This document shows, one piece after another, positions 1 to 8,700 of a DNA stretch of 50,355 nt. The DNA is taken from the IMG/VR virus record IMGVR_UViG_3300045988_089750. The stretch is one strand, 5' to 3'. The stretch is from a virus. The notes below the pieces were generated by a model. That model did not search any database. It saw nothing but the letters and a program-made list of their open reading frames with translations, and was not told the DNA's origin. Both the position numbers and the translations under genes were made by a program. Numbering within the stretch: position 1 is the stretch's first letter; every line of letters begins with the position of its first letter.

Positions 1-99
1 CAATCAATAGCGTAAAATCCCGAATATTCGGCTACTTATGAAAATGTGACAACAGTTGATTATATTTGAACATCTTGGGCTTAGAGCCGTACGCACCGC
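1..99. repeat. Terminal direct repeat, left copy (identical to 50257..50355)
   Basis: Exact 99-bp identity read directly from the sequence. The window begins and ends exactly at the repeat. Confidence 0.95.
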
Positions 100-134
100 G
101 TATAACACTTATAATAAGGAAGTTTTATAAAAAG

Positions 135-177
135 CACCCGGAAAAGTACCCGTTATTCACTTTTCCGGGTGTTTTTT
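135..177. terminator. Bidirectional rho-independent terminator
   Basis: 12-bp stem CACCCGGAAAAG (135..146) / CTTTTCCGGGTG (160..171). It is followed by TTTTTT on the plus strand and preceded by an A-run, which is a T-run on the minus strand. It lies after the last minus-strand late gene and, across the circle junction, after the integrase. Confidence 0.75.
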
Positions 178-204
178 GTCTGTTTTGCTGCCGGAACTCT
201 CGGC

Positions 205-909
205 TTACCTTCTATTTTTAACAATTTTATAGCGAATGTAAAAGCCCGCCGCAAGAACCGCCGCTAACCCTATCCCGCTAAGTACCCAAAGAAACGGGTT
301 CGTTTTCGGGTACTTTTCTTCTTCGGTCTGCGCGGTTTCCTTTGTTTCCGCTTCCGCCGTCGTCTTCTGCGTTTCGGTAACTTCCGTTTCCGTAGCGGTA
401 GTAACGTTTGTTTCTGTCTTTTTTTGCTTATCGCCGTTTATAACGATGCGTCCGGTAGTCAGCGACTTTACGTTAGGCGGTTTCTTCAATCCTTCAATAG
501 CCGGGAACAAATCCGTATTATGCCGCAGGGGGGTATCTGATTGCCCTTCTGCCGTTTCGCTGGCTTTCCGGGTTGGCTCTCCGTTTGCCATTTCCAATGC
601 CTTACGCATGTCTTCATTAAACGCGCTGTCGGCTTTTTGAAACTGTTCTGCAAAGCGGTTCGGCTTTTGTCCTTCCGGGTAATACTCAACTTTTGTAAAC
701 TCTATAACTATGTTTTGCTTCTCGTTGCTTCCGGTAGTAGCCGTAGTGTTGGTGGTTGTCCGGTCTTCCGTTCTCCGGCTTCCTTCCGTAGTTGCTGTTA
801 GCTGGCTTTCCGCCGCCAGCTTTCCCTTACGGGTACTTCGGGTACTTGCGCACCCGAAAACCAACAGAAGCAAGAATAGGGAAAGCATGGCTAAAACAAA
901 TCTTCTCAT
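205..909 (-). CDS. Putative unimolecular spanin-like lysis lipoprotein
   Basis: N-terminal signal with lipobox (LLVFGC), a Thr/Glu-rich middle and a C-terminal TM helix ([20 protein letters not shown]). It sits directly downstream of the endolysin and overlaps it by 4 nt. Confidence 0.5.
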   Translation of the reverse strand: MRRFVLAMLSLFLLLLVFGCASTRSTRKGKLAAESQLTATTEGSRRTEDRTTTNTTATTGSNEKQNIVIEFTKVEYYPEGQKPNRFAEQFQKADSAFNEDMRKALEMANGEPTRKASETAEGQSDTPLRHNTDLFPAIEGLKKPPNVKSLTTGRIVINGDKQKKTETNVTTATETEVTETQKTTAEAETKETAQTEEEKYPKTNPFLWVLSGIGLAAVLAAGFYIRYKIVKNRR

Positions 910-1481
910 ACGTCTGTGAAATTTAGAACTTTGTCCTTCCCCTTCTTGTTAAGGGTAAGGCTTCCGTAGTTTATACAATTAAGCCGGGATAACCACCCTT
1001 TCTTGAAAACCATCTGCGAAGGGTCGCGCTTTATAATTCCTTCAATAAAGGAAATACGGGCGCGTTTTATGTCTGCAAACAGTTCGCGGGCGTTCCTTCC
1101 GTTCATCGCGGCTAAGGTCTTTTCGCCTACTATGCCGTCCACGCTTACCCCTAAAATTCGCTGTACCCCGGTAATGCCGTTCTTTCCCGAAGCCCAAACC
1201 CAATCCACTACCAAGTTGGCGACGGACTGGCTTTTTATCCGGTCTGCCTTCCATCTGTCCCAATAGTGCGGCTTCATCACGCGACTAACCGCGTCTTCTT
1301 CGGTTATCAAACGCAAATCTTCCACATCTATATCGCCGTCACCGTCTTTGTCGTACCCTACGGCTTTCCAAGTGGCGATAGTTACCCCTTTGTTAGTTGC
1401 TCCGCCTTTGTCTGCCGGGTGGTTGGTAAATCCACCTTCCCAACTTAAAATAAAGGGGGATAATATTTCAATCCGTGCCAT
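906..1481 (-). CDS. Endolysin, GH108-type lysozyme with C-terminal PG_binding_3-like domain
   Basis: N-terminal [21 protein letters not shown] is the GH108 signature. The C-terminal part ([17 protein letters not shown]) resembles a peptidoglycan-binding domain. Confidence 0.85.
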   Translation of the reverse strand: MARIEILSPFILSWEGGFTNHPADKGGATNKGVTIATWKAVGYDKDGDGDIDVEDLRLITEEDAVSRVMKPHYWDRWKADRIKSQSVANLVVDWVWASGKNGITGVQRILGVSVDGIVGEKTLAAMNGRNARELFADIKRARISFIEGIIKRDPSQMVFKKGWLSRLNCINYGSLTLNKKGKDKVLNFTDV

Positions 1482-1938
1482 TTTCTGAATGTTTATTCGT
1501 TATCAACTCTACAATTTTTTCCGCGTCCTTTGCGCTTGTCGCCTGCACAATCTGCCGTATTATGTCCGGTACTTCCGCCGCGTTTACTTTGATTTTTTGC
1601 AGCTTCTCGCGTACGGAAATAAATTCTATCAATACCGCGCTGATAGTATAGACAACGGTAGCAAATGGAGCGACGTACCACGTGAACAATCCGGCTAAAA
1701 AGTCAAACATGAGGGCGAATACCATAACCCGTATGTAGTCCCCGATTTTGTTGAACGTCCGGCGGTATTTCCTGCTTCGCAGTCCTTCCCCTGCCGCCTT
1801 CGCCGCCTTGCGCCCGTAGTACATATCTATGAAAGTAGCCATCGCCAAGAATACCCAGCAAATCAGCACAATGGCTACACGTACCGCCACGTAAACCGTC
1901 AAACCGTGCCAGTCTTCTTGCTGTATCAATTCCAACAT
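1468..1938 (-). CDS. Holin (multi-TM, phage_holin_4-like)
   Basis: Three to four hydrophobic helices with a charged loop ([20 protein letters not shown]) and a hydrophilic C-terminus. It lies immediately upstream of the endolysin. Confidence 0.65.
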   Translation of the reverse strand: MLELIQQEDWHGLTVYVAVRVAIVLICWVFLAMATFIDMYYGRKAAKAAGEGLRSRKYRRTFNKIGDYIRVMVFALMFDFLAGLFTWYVAPFATVVYTISAVLIEFISVREKLQKIKVNAAEVPDIIRQIVQATSAKDAEKIVELITNKHSENGTD

Positions 1939-1939
1939 A

Positions 1940-2311
1940 TTAGTAACCTTCCGTTAATAAATCGTTCTTTACCATAGTTTTGATAGCAATAACCCTGCTA
2001 AGGTGTGCTTTATAGTCCGCTACTGCTTTCGCTTTGCGGTCTTCGTCCGTTTCTATACCCAACTGTGCGGCGTAATAGTCGTTAATCAAAGAAAATTCTT
2101 CGGTTTCGTCTATTTCGCTACGGATAACCGCACGTGTAAGGTTTTCGTAGTCCGGCTTCTGCCAAACCTGTACCGTATCGTAGTTGTAAACGGTCTTTTC
2201 GCCCGTTTCCGGGTCTTCTACCTTTTCTTCCACTATGTTGTAGTTATAGTGGTAAGAACCATTACCCAACGGTAAAATAATCGCGGGTCTAACGTCTGAA
2301 CTTGATTTCAT
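1940..2311 (-). CDS. Hypothetical protein
   Basis: ORF packed between the RT and the holin. No recognisable motif. Confidence 0.5.
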   Translation of the reverse strand: MKSSSDVRPAIILPLGNGSYHYNYNIVEEKVEDPETGEKTVYNYDTVQVWQKPDYENLTRAVIRSEIDETEEFSLINDYYAAQLGIETDEDRKAKAVADYKAHLSRVIAIKTMVKNDLLTEGY

Positions 2312-3323
2312 AAGGTGTAATTTTGTTTAACTTGTTAATTAAATATTCGCTGTCGCTGTATTTAGCCCAACCCCACCACGCGGCTAACGTCTGCTTAAAT
2401 TCATCCTCACTTAACGGTTTCTTCCGTTTCCGTAATTTAGCTATCTTACGGCAAAGGTTCTGTTTGATACGCTTCCTAAGCCGTGTTTCGTTCAAATAGA
2501 ATACATAGCCCAAGAAATCAATACCACGCCCGAAGCTGTCGCGGTGGTCGCGTGCCACCGGAAAGACTTGTTTGTTCTGTTTGATTTCCAGCTTTACGTT
2601 AGCCGCCAAATAGCTTTCAAACTCTGCCAGCAAAGCGTGAAGCGTCTTTTTGTCGCTATGTAATACTACAATGTCGTCGGCGTATCTGAAATAGTACCTT
2701 ACCCGCTTTACTTCCTTTACCCAATGGTCGAAGTAGGTAAGTACAAGATTTGCTAAATATTGGCTAAGGTAGTTGCCAATCGGTAAGCCTTCCGCACTGT
2801 CTATAATTTCGTCCAAAAGGTTGAGTAGCCGTGTGTCCTTAATCTTCCGGCGAACAATGGATTTTAGTACGGTGTGGTCTATGGAAGGGTAAAATTTGCG
2901 TATGTCTATTTTCAAGCAATACGCGCAGCCTGCCTTATCTCTGTCGATAACGTGCCTTAACTTATTTGCCGCCGCTTGTATGCCACGCCCTTTGATGCAG
3001 CTATAAGTGTCCGCCGTGAAAATAGACACCCATATAGGCTCTAAAATGTTCATTACGGCGTGATGTACAATCCGGTCGGGAAAGTATGGCAAACGGAAAA
3101 TCTCGCGTTCTTTAGGCTCGTATATCGTAAAGGTACTATATTCCGAAGTTCTGTAAGTTCCTGCTTTCAGTGCTTCGTGCAAAGACAAAAGGTTGGCTTC
3201 CTTGTTGCGGTCGTGTAACTTTACGCCGTAGGAATGTAGTTTGCCCTTGCGGGCGCGTTCGTCCGCAAGGTGCAAATTATCCAAACTTATTATTTTGTCG
3301 TAAAGGTTGCCTAACCTTTTCAT
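2289..3323 (-). CDS. DGR reverse transcriptase
   Basis: RT motifs are present, including IGNYLSQ (2760..2780; the (I/L)GxxxSQ signature of DGR RTs) and YADD (2673..2684). The gene is adjacent to a TR that has adenine-specific VR mismatches. Confidence 0.93.
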   Translation of the reverse strand: MKRLGNLYDKIISLDNLHLADERARKGKLHSYGVKLHDRNKEANLLSLHEALKAGTYRTSEYSTFTIYEPKEREIFRLPYFPDRIVHHAVMNILEPIWVSIFTADTYSCIKGRGIQAAANKLRHVIDRDKAGCAYCLKIDIRKFYPSIDHTVLKSIVRRKIKDTRLLNLLDEIIDSAEGLPIGNYLSQYLANLVLTYFDHWVKEVKRVRYYFRYADDIVVLHSDKKTLHALLAEFESYLAANVKLEIKQNKQVFPVARDHRDSFGRGIDFLGYVFYLNETRLRKRIKQNLCRKIAKLRKRKKPLSEDEFKQTLAAWWGWAKYSDSEYLINKLNKITPYEIKFRR

Positions 3324-3440
3324 AGTAATTTCTTTGCTGATTAAATGGTGTTCTTCGGTTTCCCTACCAAACCCCGTTAATGGTTAATATTTTCCGCCTT
3401 CCGGCGCGGTCTTTGTCCTTATTAGCTTTACAAAAAAATC

Positions 3441-3553
3441 AGTATAGCTGAGAGCCGATATTCGCATTCGTATTCGTAGCCGTGTTATTCGTATTCGCGT
3501 ACGAAAGCCCGGCATTCGCGCTGTTATTCGCATTACCGCCGAACAAGACACCC
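3441..3553 (-). repeat. DGR template repeat (TR)
   Basis: Non-coding 113-bp segment between the accessory ORF and the RT. In the VR frame it reads GVLFGGNANNSANAGLSYANTNNTATNTNANIGSQLY, which is AAY-rich. It aligns without gaps to VR1, VR2 and VR3, and every mismatch is at a TR adenine. Confidence 0.92.
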
Positions 3554-3580
3554 GAAGGGCAAACAACCGTGAAAATCTTC

Positions 3581-3925
3581 CTACTCAAAATAATAGCGCG
3601 TTCCCGAAGCCCGCATAGTTACCTTTCGCGGGAAGGCGTTACGCTTCTTTATTTCCTGCAAAATGTATTTTATTTCGCTGGAATTTGTGAAGAACTTCTT
3701 TGCTTCGCTTTCGGGGTCGTCCTTCTTGAACTTTATTTTCACGAGGAAACGGTTCGCACCGAATTTCGTTTTCACGTCTTCGATAAAATCAATTAACCAA
3801 AACTGCAAATTGATTAGTTTCTGCTGGGTGGTTTCCGGGCAGTTGAAATGTTTGTTCGCTTCGTCCGGCTGGATGTTCAAGAACGAAAGGCTACCGTCAT
3901 CTGTGCTATTATTGTTTGAAGTCAT
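3581..3925 (-). CDS. Hypothetical protein in the DGR accessory (avd) position
   Basis: 114-aa ORF between the target gene and the TR, where Avd normally sits. I do not recognise an Avd-like four-helix-bundle sequence, so this call rests on position only. Confidence 0.45.
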   Translation of the reverse strand: MTSNNNSTDDGSLSFLNIQPDEANKHFNCPETTQQKLINLQFWLIDFIEDVKTKFGANRFLVKIKFKKDDPESEAKKFFTNSSEIKYILQEIKKRNAFPRKVTMRASGTRYYFE

Positions 3926-3968
3926 TTTCTTGTATTTTTAATTATTAAACATTTCGTTTCGTAACGTA

Positions 3969-5303
3969 TTACGCGGCGGGGATAAAGCAAAGCCGAGAGC
4001 CGAGATGCGCAGACGTAATCGCAGCCGTGTAATTCGCATACGCGCACGAAAGCCCGGCATACGCGCCGTCATTCGCACTACCGCCGAACAAGAAACCCCT
4101 TTGCGCTACGCCACTGGCTGGTATGTTGGTATAGAAGTAGTCGGCAAAGTAGGTAGTAGAACCTGCGCCCACTTCCGTAGGCATATTTTCCCCGTATTCG
4201 CCTATCATCATGCGCTTAACATAACCTTCCTTGCGTGGAAGTTCGCCACGTTTTACGTAATTGTCATAGTTTGTATCTTGGTAGTTCGCCGGGTTATCGC
4301 AAGTATAGAAAGAACTGATGCCGCCGTCCGCGTCTGATTCAATGGCGCATTTGCATCCGTCCGTCCAACTCCAAACATGCCCGAACGGGTTTTCTATTCC
4401 TCGGTATGAAGGTACTTTTACTTTGGTAACTACGCCCGTGTCGTATTCGTCCGGCATGGTGTATTCTACCACACCCGAAGCGTTACCCAATGAATTGGTA
4501 GTACCGCATGGCACAAACGGATAGTAGCTGTTGAAGGTGTTCCACTTTGTACTGTTAAGCGTCGTAACGCCTGCGCCTAACCCGCCTTGCTTGTACCCTT
4601 CGCTCGTAGGTTGCGCGTTAAAATCAAGCTGGCAGTTAAGGTTAGCGTATTCAATCACGTAAAGCCAATAGGTCGCGTTTTGTGCCGCGTATAAATCGCA
4701 GTTCCATCCTGCGCTGTTCAATCCGGCTGCACCTCTGTTACGTGCGTATTTTCGGAAGTTGGTAAGGCTCGTTTGTGTAGCTGGACGACCTAAGAGGGTT
4801 CTATAAGTTCCGTCCCATGCCGTATTATTGTTTCCGCCCCGGAAAGCAGCCGTAGTATTTACCACACTGGCAAGTTTGGGCGTAGCTGATAAAGTTCTGT
4901 CTATCGTGGCTTCGTATGCGCTCCGGTACATCTTCGGCACTTCGATAAAGCCCGGTAGTTGGTATTGTGATATAAGGCAGGTAAACGTAGTACCGTCAAA
5001 TTCAAACTTACGGTAGTGCTTCGGTATTTCTACCATTACCATGCCGGAAGCTCCGGTAAGGTCTGCCGCTGCCCCGGTGTCCGTCTTCGTACTGTCGGTT
5101 TGATGAAGGTAGGTAACAACCTGCCCGGCATCGTTAAGCAAACAACGGCGCATAAGGGATTGAACCGGGAGCGAAACATGTAGTTCCGATCTTCCTACGC
5201 GTTCTAACGCGGTATCTGCCACGTTTATATTAATCTTTACGCCGTAATAGTAATCATAAGGAAACGCGGGCTTTGTGTTGCCCGCTGCAATAATTAAACC
5301 CAT
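3969..5303 (-). CDS. DGR variable (target) protein with C-type-lectin/FGE-like C-terminal domain; probable receptor-binding tail protein
   Basis: The C-terminus contains NPFGHVWSWTDG ... FLFGGSANDGAYAGLSCAYANYTAAITSAHLGSRLCF and carries VR1. The start is placed at ATG 5303 (MGLIIAAG) to avoid a 70-nt overlap with the upstream gene. The ORF track's alternative start is 5384. Confidence 0.85.
   Translation of the reverse strand: MGLIIAAGNTKPAFPYDYYYGVKININVADTALERVGRSELHVSLPVQSLMRRCLLNDAGQVVTYLHQTDSTKTDTGAAADLTGASGMVMVEIPKHYRKFEFDGTTFTCLISQYQLPGFIEVPKMYRSAYEATIDRTLSATPKLASVVNTTAAFRGGNNNTAWDGTYRTLLGRPATQTSLTNFRKYARNRGAAGLNSAGWNCDLYAAQNATYWLYVIEYANLNCQLDFNAQPTSEGYKQGGLGAGVTTLNSTKWNTFNSYYPFVPCGTTNSLGNASGVVEYTMPDEYDTGVVTKVKVPSYRGIENPFGHVWSWTDGCKCAIESDADGGISSFYTCDNPANYQDTNYDNYVKRGELPRKEGYVKRMMIGEYGENMPTEVGAGSTTYFADYFYTNIPASGVAQRGFLFGGSANDGAYAGLSCAYANYTAAITSAHLGSRLCFIPAA
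3986..4098 (-). repeat. DGR variable repeat VR1 (full length)
   Basis: Gap-free alignment to TR at offset +545. There are 17 mismatches, all at TR adenines, plus one non-A mismatch at the distal boundary (TR 3549). Confidence 0.92.
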
Positions 5304-5314
5304 AGTTATAATTT

Positions 5315-5575
5315 TTAATAGCCCCAAATCAGGGCGGTTGCTGAACTCGTTTCTTTTATCTCTCTGATAATTTCGGGGTTCCATCCCGTTTCAAAGCGCG
5401 TGCTTATAAATTCGCCTTCGGGCATTCCCCAAAGGTTTACTTCCAATACTATCGCCGCTTCGCCATCGTTTTTTATGCAAAAAGGCGTGTCCATTCGGAA
5501 GTTGCCACCGGAAAAATCCACGTTCCCGGCTACCGAAATTTGCGCGCTCACTAAATCGCCGTTTCTATTTTCCAT
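5315..5575 (-). CDS. Hypothetical protein
   Basis: 86-aa ORF between the tail fibre gene and the DGR target. No motif recognised. Confidence 0.5.
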   Translation of the reverse strand: MENRNGDLVSAQISVAGNVDFSGGNFRMDTPFCIKNDGEAAIVLEVNLWGMPEGEFISTRFETGWNPEIIREIKETSSATALIWGY

Positions 5576-5613
5576 ACACTTAATTTTAAGTCGTTACAAA
5601 AATACTTTCTTAT

Positions 5614-5630
5614 CGTATTAGTTTAATACG
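5614..5630. promoter_or_regulatory. 17-bp palindrome site 1 (CGTATTA-GTT-TAATACG, perfect)
   Basis: Intergenic, 9 bp upstream of a minus-strand TATTTTTG -7 box (5597..5604) and 39 bp upstream of ATG 5575. Confidence 0.6.
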
Positions 5631-5723
5631 TCGTGAAATACTCGTGAAGTGTTTGTTTAGCCGAAGCCGTGAAATTCGGCGTTACAACACTTCTATTTAA
5701 TGCCTTGCGCCGTGATGCATGGC

Positions 5724-8700
5724 TTATTCTCTTATGTTCAATAAATAGGCGTAATATCCGCTGCTTCCGTCCCAAACTAAAAGAAACTCGCGTATGTCGC
5801 CCGCCGCCATGTTCCACTTTCCGGTTTCGTTTCCTGCGTTGTTGTTCATACGGTACGGGTAGTAGTTGCTATCCATAGCGTTGCCGCCGGAACTGTTCTT
5901 TACGAATGTATTACGCCCGCAAACATACCCGGTCTGCGTGCTCGTTCTATCACAAATAATAGTAATCCTTACGGCAAAGGCTGTATAATTACTAATGCCT
6001 AACACCGTACAAATGGAGTCGCGGCGAGGTAGCCCTATGCCGCTATTACTGTAAATGAAGCGCGGCATTAACTTGAATAGCGTAGGCTTGGTAGCGTCGC
6101 CCGGTGTAAGGCAGGTATTTACGGAAGGCAAAAGTTTTGATATACCGTAATCCGCTACGTAGCTGTCGCAAACTATCGCGCCTTTGCTCACTATACCCAA
6201 ATTAACCAGCGCGCCGGACGCTTCAATAAGTAGCCCGTAGTTAGTTCCATAGCTGTTTGGTGTCTTGTTGGTAAAACGTCCAACGCCGACCAACCCGGTA
6301 GAAGCTGGTAATACGTTCGTTCCAATGGAAGCCCAGCGGTAAGAGTCCGAGAACTTTATAAAACTGCTAAGCAATGCTAAACCGCTTCCGCTTGTGTCGC
6401 CGGATGAAGCCGCTACACCTATTCGTCCGCTTGCTATCGCAAAGCCGCCAATACTTCCGGCGTTTGCGTTGATTGTTCCCGTTATAGTTCCTTTCGTAGC
6501 TACAAAGCTACCGTCTTGCAGTACGCGGAAAGGTGCGGTAGCCCGGTTTCCCTTGCTTGCTCCAGCCCAAAACCTTACGCTTGTGTCGGCTGTGCCTTCC
6601 CCTGTTATTCCTGCTTTTATACTCGCGTCGCTACCTGCAAGCTGAACCGTTCCGGCTGTTACTATGCCACCGTCTATCGTGGTTTGGGTGTTATCGTAAT
6701 AAACGGCTTCCACCCAATCGTTAGCGACGTAAGAACCGGAAGTACGTTTAGTTATGCAACGTTTTAGTATTCCGTCTGTTTTTCCACCCGTCAGCCAAAG
6801 GTCGCCTATGTCATACGGTGGTTTTGGCTGGGTTACAAATACCTGCCTTTTCCCGTCCGCTGTGTCCTGTGCCTTGCTTGCTGCCGTGTATGCGTCTATC
6901 GCCTTTTGGTCTTCTATCGTAGTCCATGAATATGTAGAACCGGAAACGGTATAGCGTTTCAACAACTTTGTTGATGAACTGTACCACATATCGCCTACGT
7001 GCGCCTTCTTTAGTGCCGTAGTCGTCCAATTAGCCGCCGGGTCGGAAGATTGGAACCAGCTTTCTATCTTGCCGTCTATCTGTGTTGTAAGGTCGTTTAC
7101 GGTTGGCGTGAAGTTGTTGTTTATAAAGTTGGTTAGCCCGGTGTCGTCCGTATATTTGGAAGCCTTTACCCAATCTACGGAATTATAAGAACCGGAAGTG
7201 CGGGCGGTCTTGCATCGCATGATGTCGCCCGTACTGCCTTGTACCCATAAATCGCCCACGTCGTAAGGCGTTGTAGGTTGTGCCACGAAAATACGCCGTT
7301 TTGTCCCGGCAAGTTTTAACGCGTCGTTAGCAAGTGCCAACGCTTGCGCTACTTCGCTGTCTTGTAGTTCCTGCCAACTGTAAGTAGAACCGTTTTTTAC
7401 GAAACGGAAAACTTTACCCGTTGAAGTGTTATAGAAAAGGTCGCCTAAATGTTCATCTTTCAGCGCGGTTGTGTTCCAATCCTTCGCGGGCGCGTTTGTC
7501 AGCGTCGGGTCGTATGTTTCAAAGAACTGCTCTATTTGCCCGTCTAATTGCGCTTGTATTTCGTTCAGAATACCAGGCAGGGTATTATTTATGTAGTTCT
7601 TTGTTTCGTTCGCTATCTGGTCGAGGTCTGAAACGTTCTTTGTCGTTCCGTCGCTGCTTACAAAGTGAATAACGCCGCCTATTTCGTCGTTGTCGAGGTC
7701 GAAGTAGCATTTACCGCCACCGCTGCTCTCTATCCTTCCGGTACGGATGAAACGCCCGTTTATGGTACTGCTCCCGTAAGTCAATGAAACAAGCCTACCG
7801 GGGTTCTTCCCGTTCGTATCTGTAACAACCGAATTAAGAACCCCTACAAGGAAATTGTAATAGCCCGCTTCCGCTTCTACCGTCTTAGCCGTAGCGGATA
7901 GTATAATAGTTCCACTATCCCCGTTTTTAGGACATTTTGCGTAGATGTAATACGCCGTAGCGGATGTTAGGTTAGTAAATGTTGCCGAAGAAAGCCCCCA
8001 CAACTTCAATGCGTCCGGTTCTATCGCGTAATGAACCAATGTACCGGAAGAAACGTAAAGGCTATTAGGGTTGCCGCCATAGTTCGGCTGGAACGTAATG
8101 TTTTGCAGTGTGAACTGTGTGCTTTTAGCCCCAACGCTTAACATCTGCGTTTCAATGGAAAGCGGCTTTATCTTCTCGCTGTAATAGTCGCCTTCGGGGT
8201 CGAATACCATGTTTAGAAGTTCCTGCGTAGCCAGCCAACGGCGGCGCGCCCTTGCGGGGTCTGCCAGCTTGTTTATGGTAATAACTTCGTTCAAGTCCTC
8301 TATTTCGTTTAGAACGCGTACGGTAGTGCTTTTCGTTACGGTGTCACTTAACGTTATGTCGTAGCTATGCCGTTTTAGCAGATCGCGCTCTATGCGAGTA
8401 ATCCTTACCGCCTTATTTACGCCTATCTGTTCGTCCTCAATCGGTATGAAATCGCCTACGTGCAGTATTTCGGTTTCCACTTCTTTACCCCAAAGCGAAA
8501 TAAAGAAGCCTTCGGTTAGTGCAAGTTTGTAACTTACTTGCGGCTGTGTCATGGTTTCAAAATCCTTTGTCCCGGCTTCCTTCAAATCCTTTTCGGCTTC
8601 CGTTATGTATTCCTGCGGTAACTGAATATCTAAAATGCTGTATTTGTCGCCTACGCTTATCTGAAACGCGCCGGAAGTTTCGGAAGGGAATACCGTACCG

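Noticed and set aside
1-99. Terminal 99-bp direct repeats as attL/attR of an integrated prophage
   Set aside because: No host genes flank them and the window is bounded exactly by the repeat. The repeat does not look like a tRNA 3' end. A circular-assembly overlap or terminal redundancy is the simpler reading.
3384-3566. 60-aa minus-strand ORF covering the TR, and Arg-rich ORFs over the VRs on either strand (4005..4337+, 39477..39722+, 42219..42476+, 42248..42460-)
   Set aside because: These are alternative-frame readings of the same repeat (RIRxR-type low complexity). The TR copy is interrupted by a stop in the VR frame and is best explained as non-coding template RNA.
3960-3973. Short hairpin CGTAA-CGTA-TTACG just downstream of VR1 as the DGR target-recognition hairpin
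   Set aside because: It has only a 5-bp AT-containing stem, and no equivalent structure is visible downstream of VR2 or VR3. That is too weak to call.
5304-5384. N-terminal extensions of ORF-track calls (3969..5384, 15909..16514, 31812..32321, 42718..44808, 45759..46043, 21848 GTG start)
   Set aside because: The longer starts overlap upstream genes by 40-100 nt or include a terminator hairpin. Internal ATGs placed right at the upstream stop codons fit the operon packing better.
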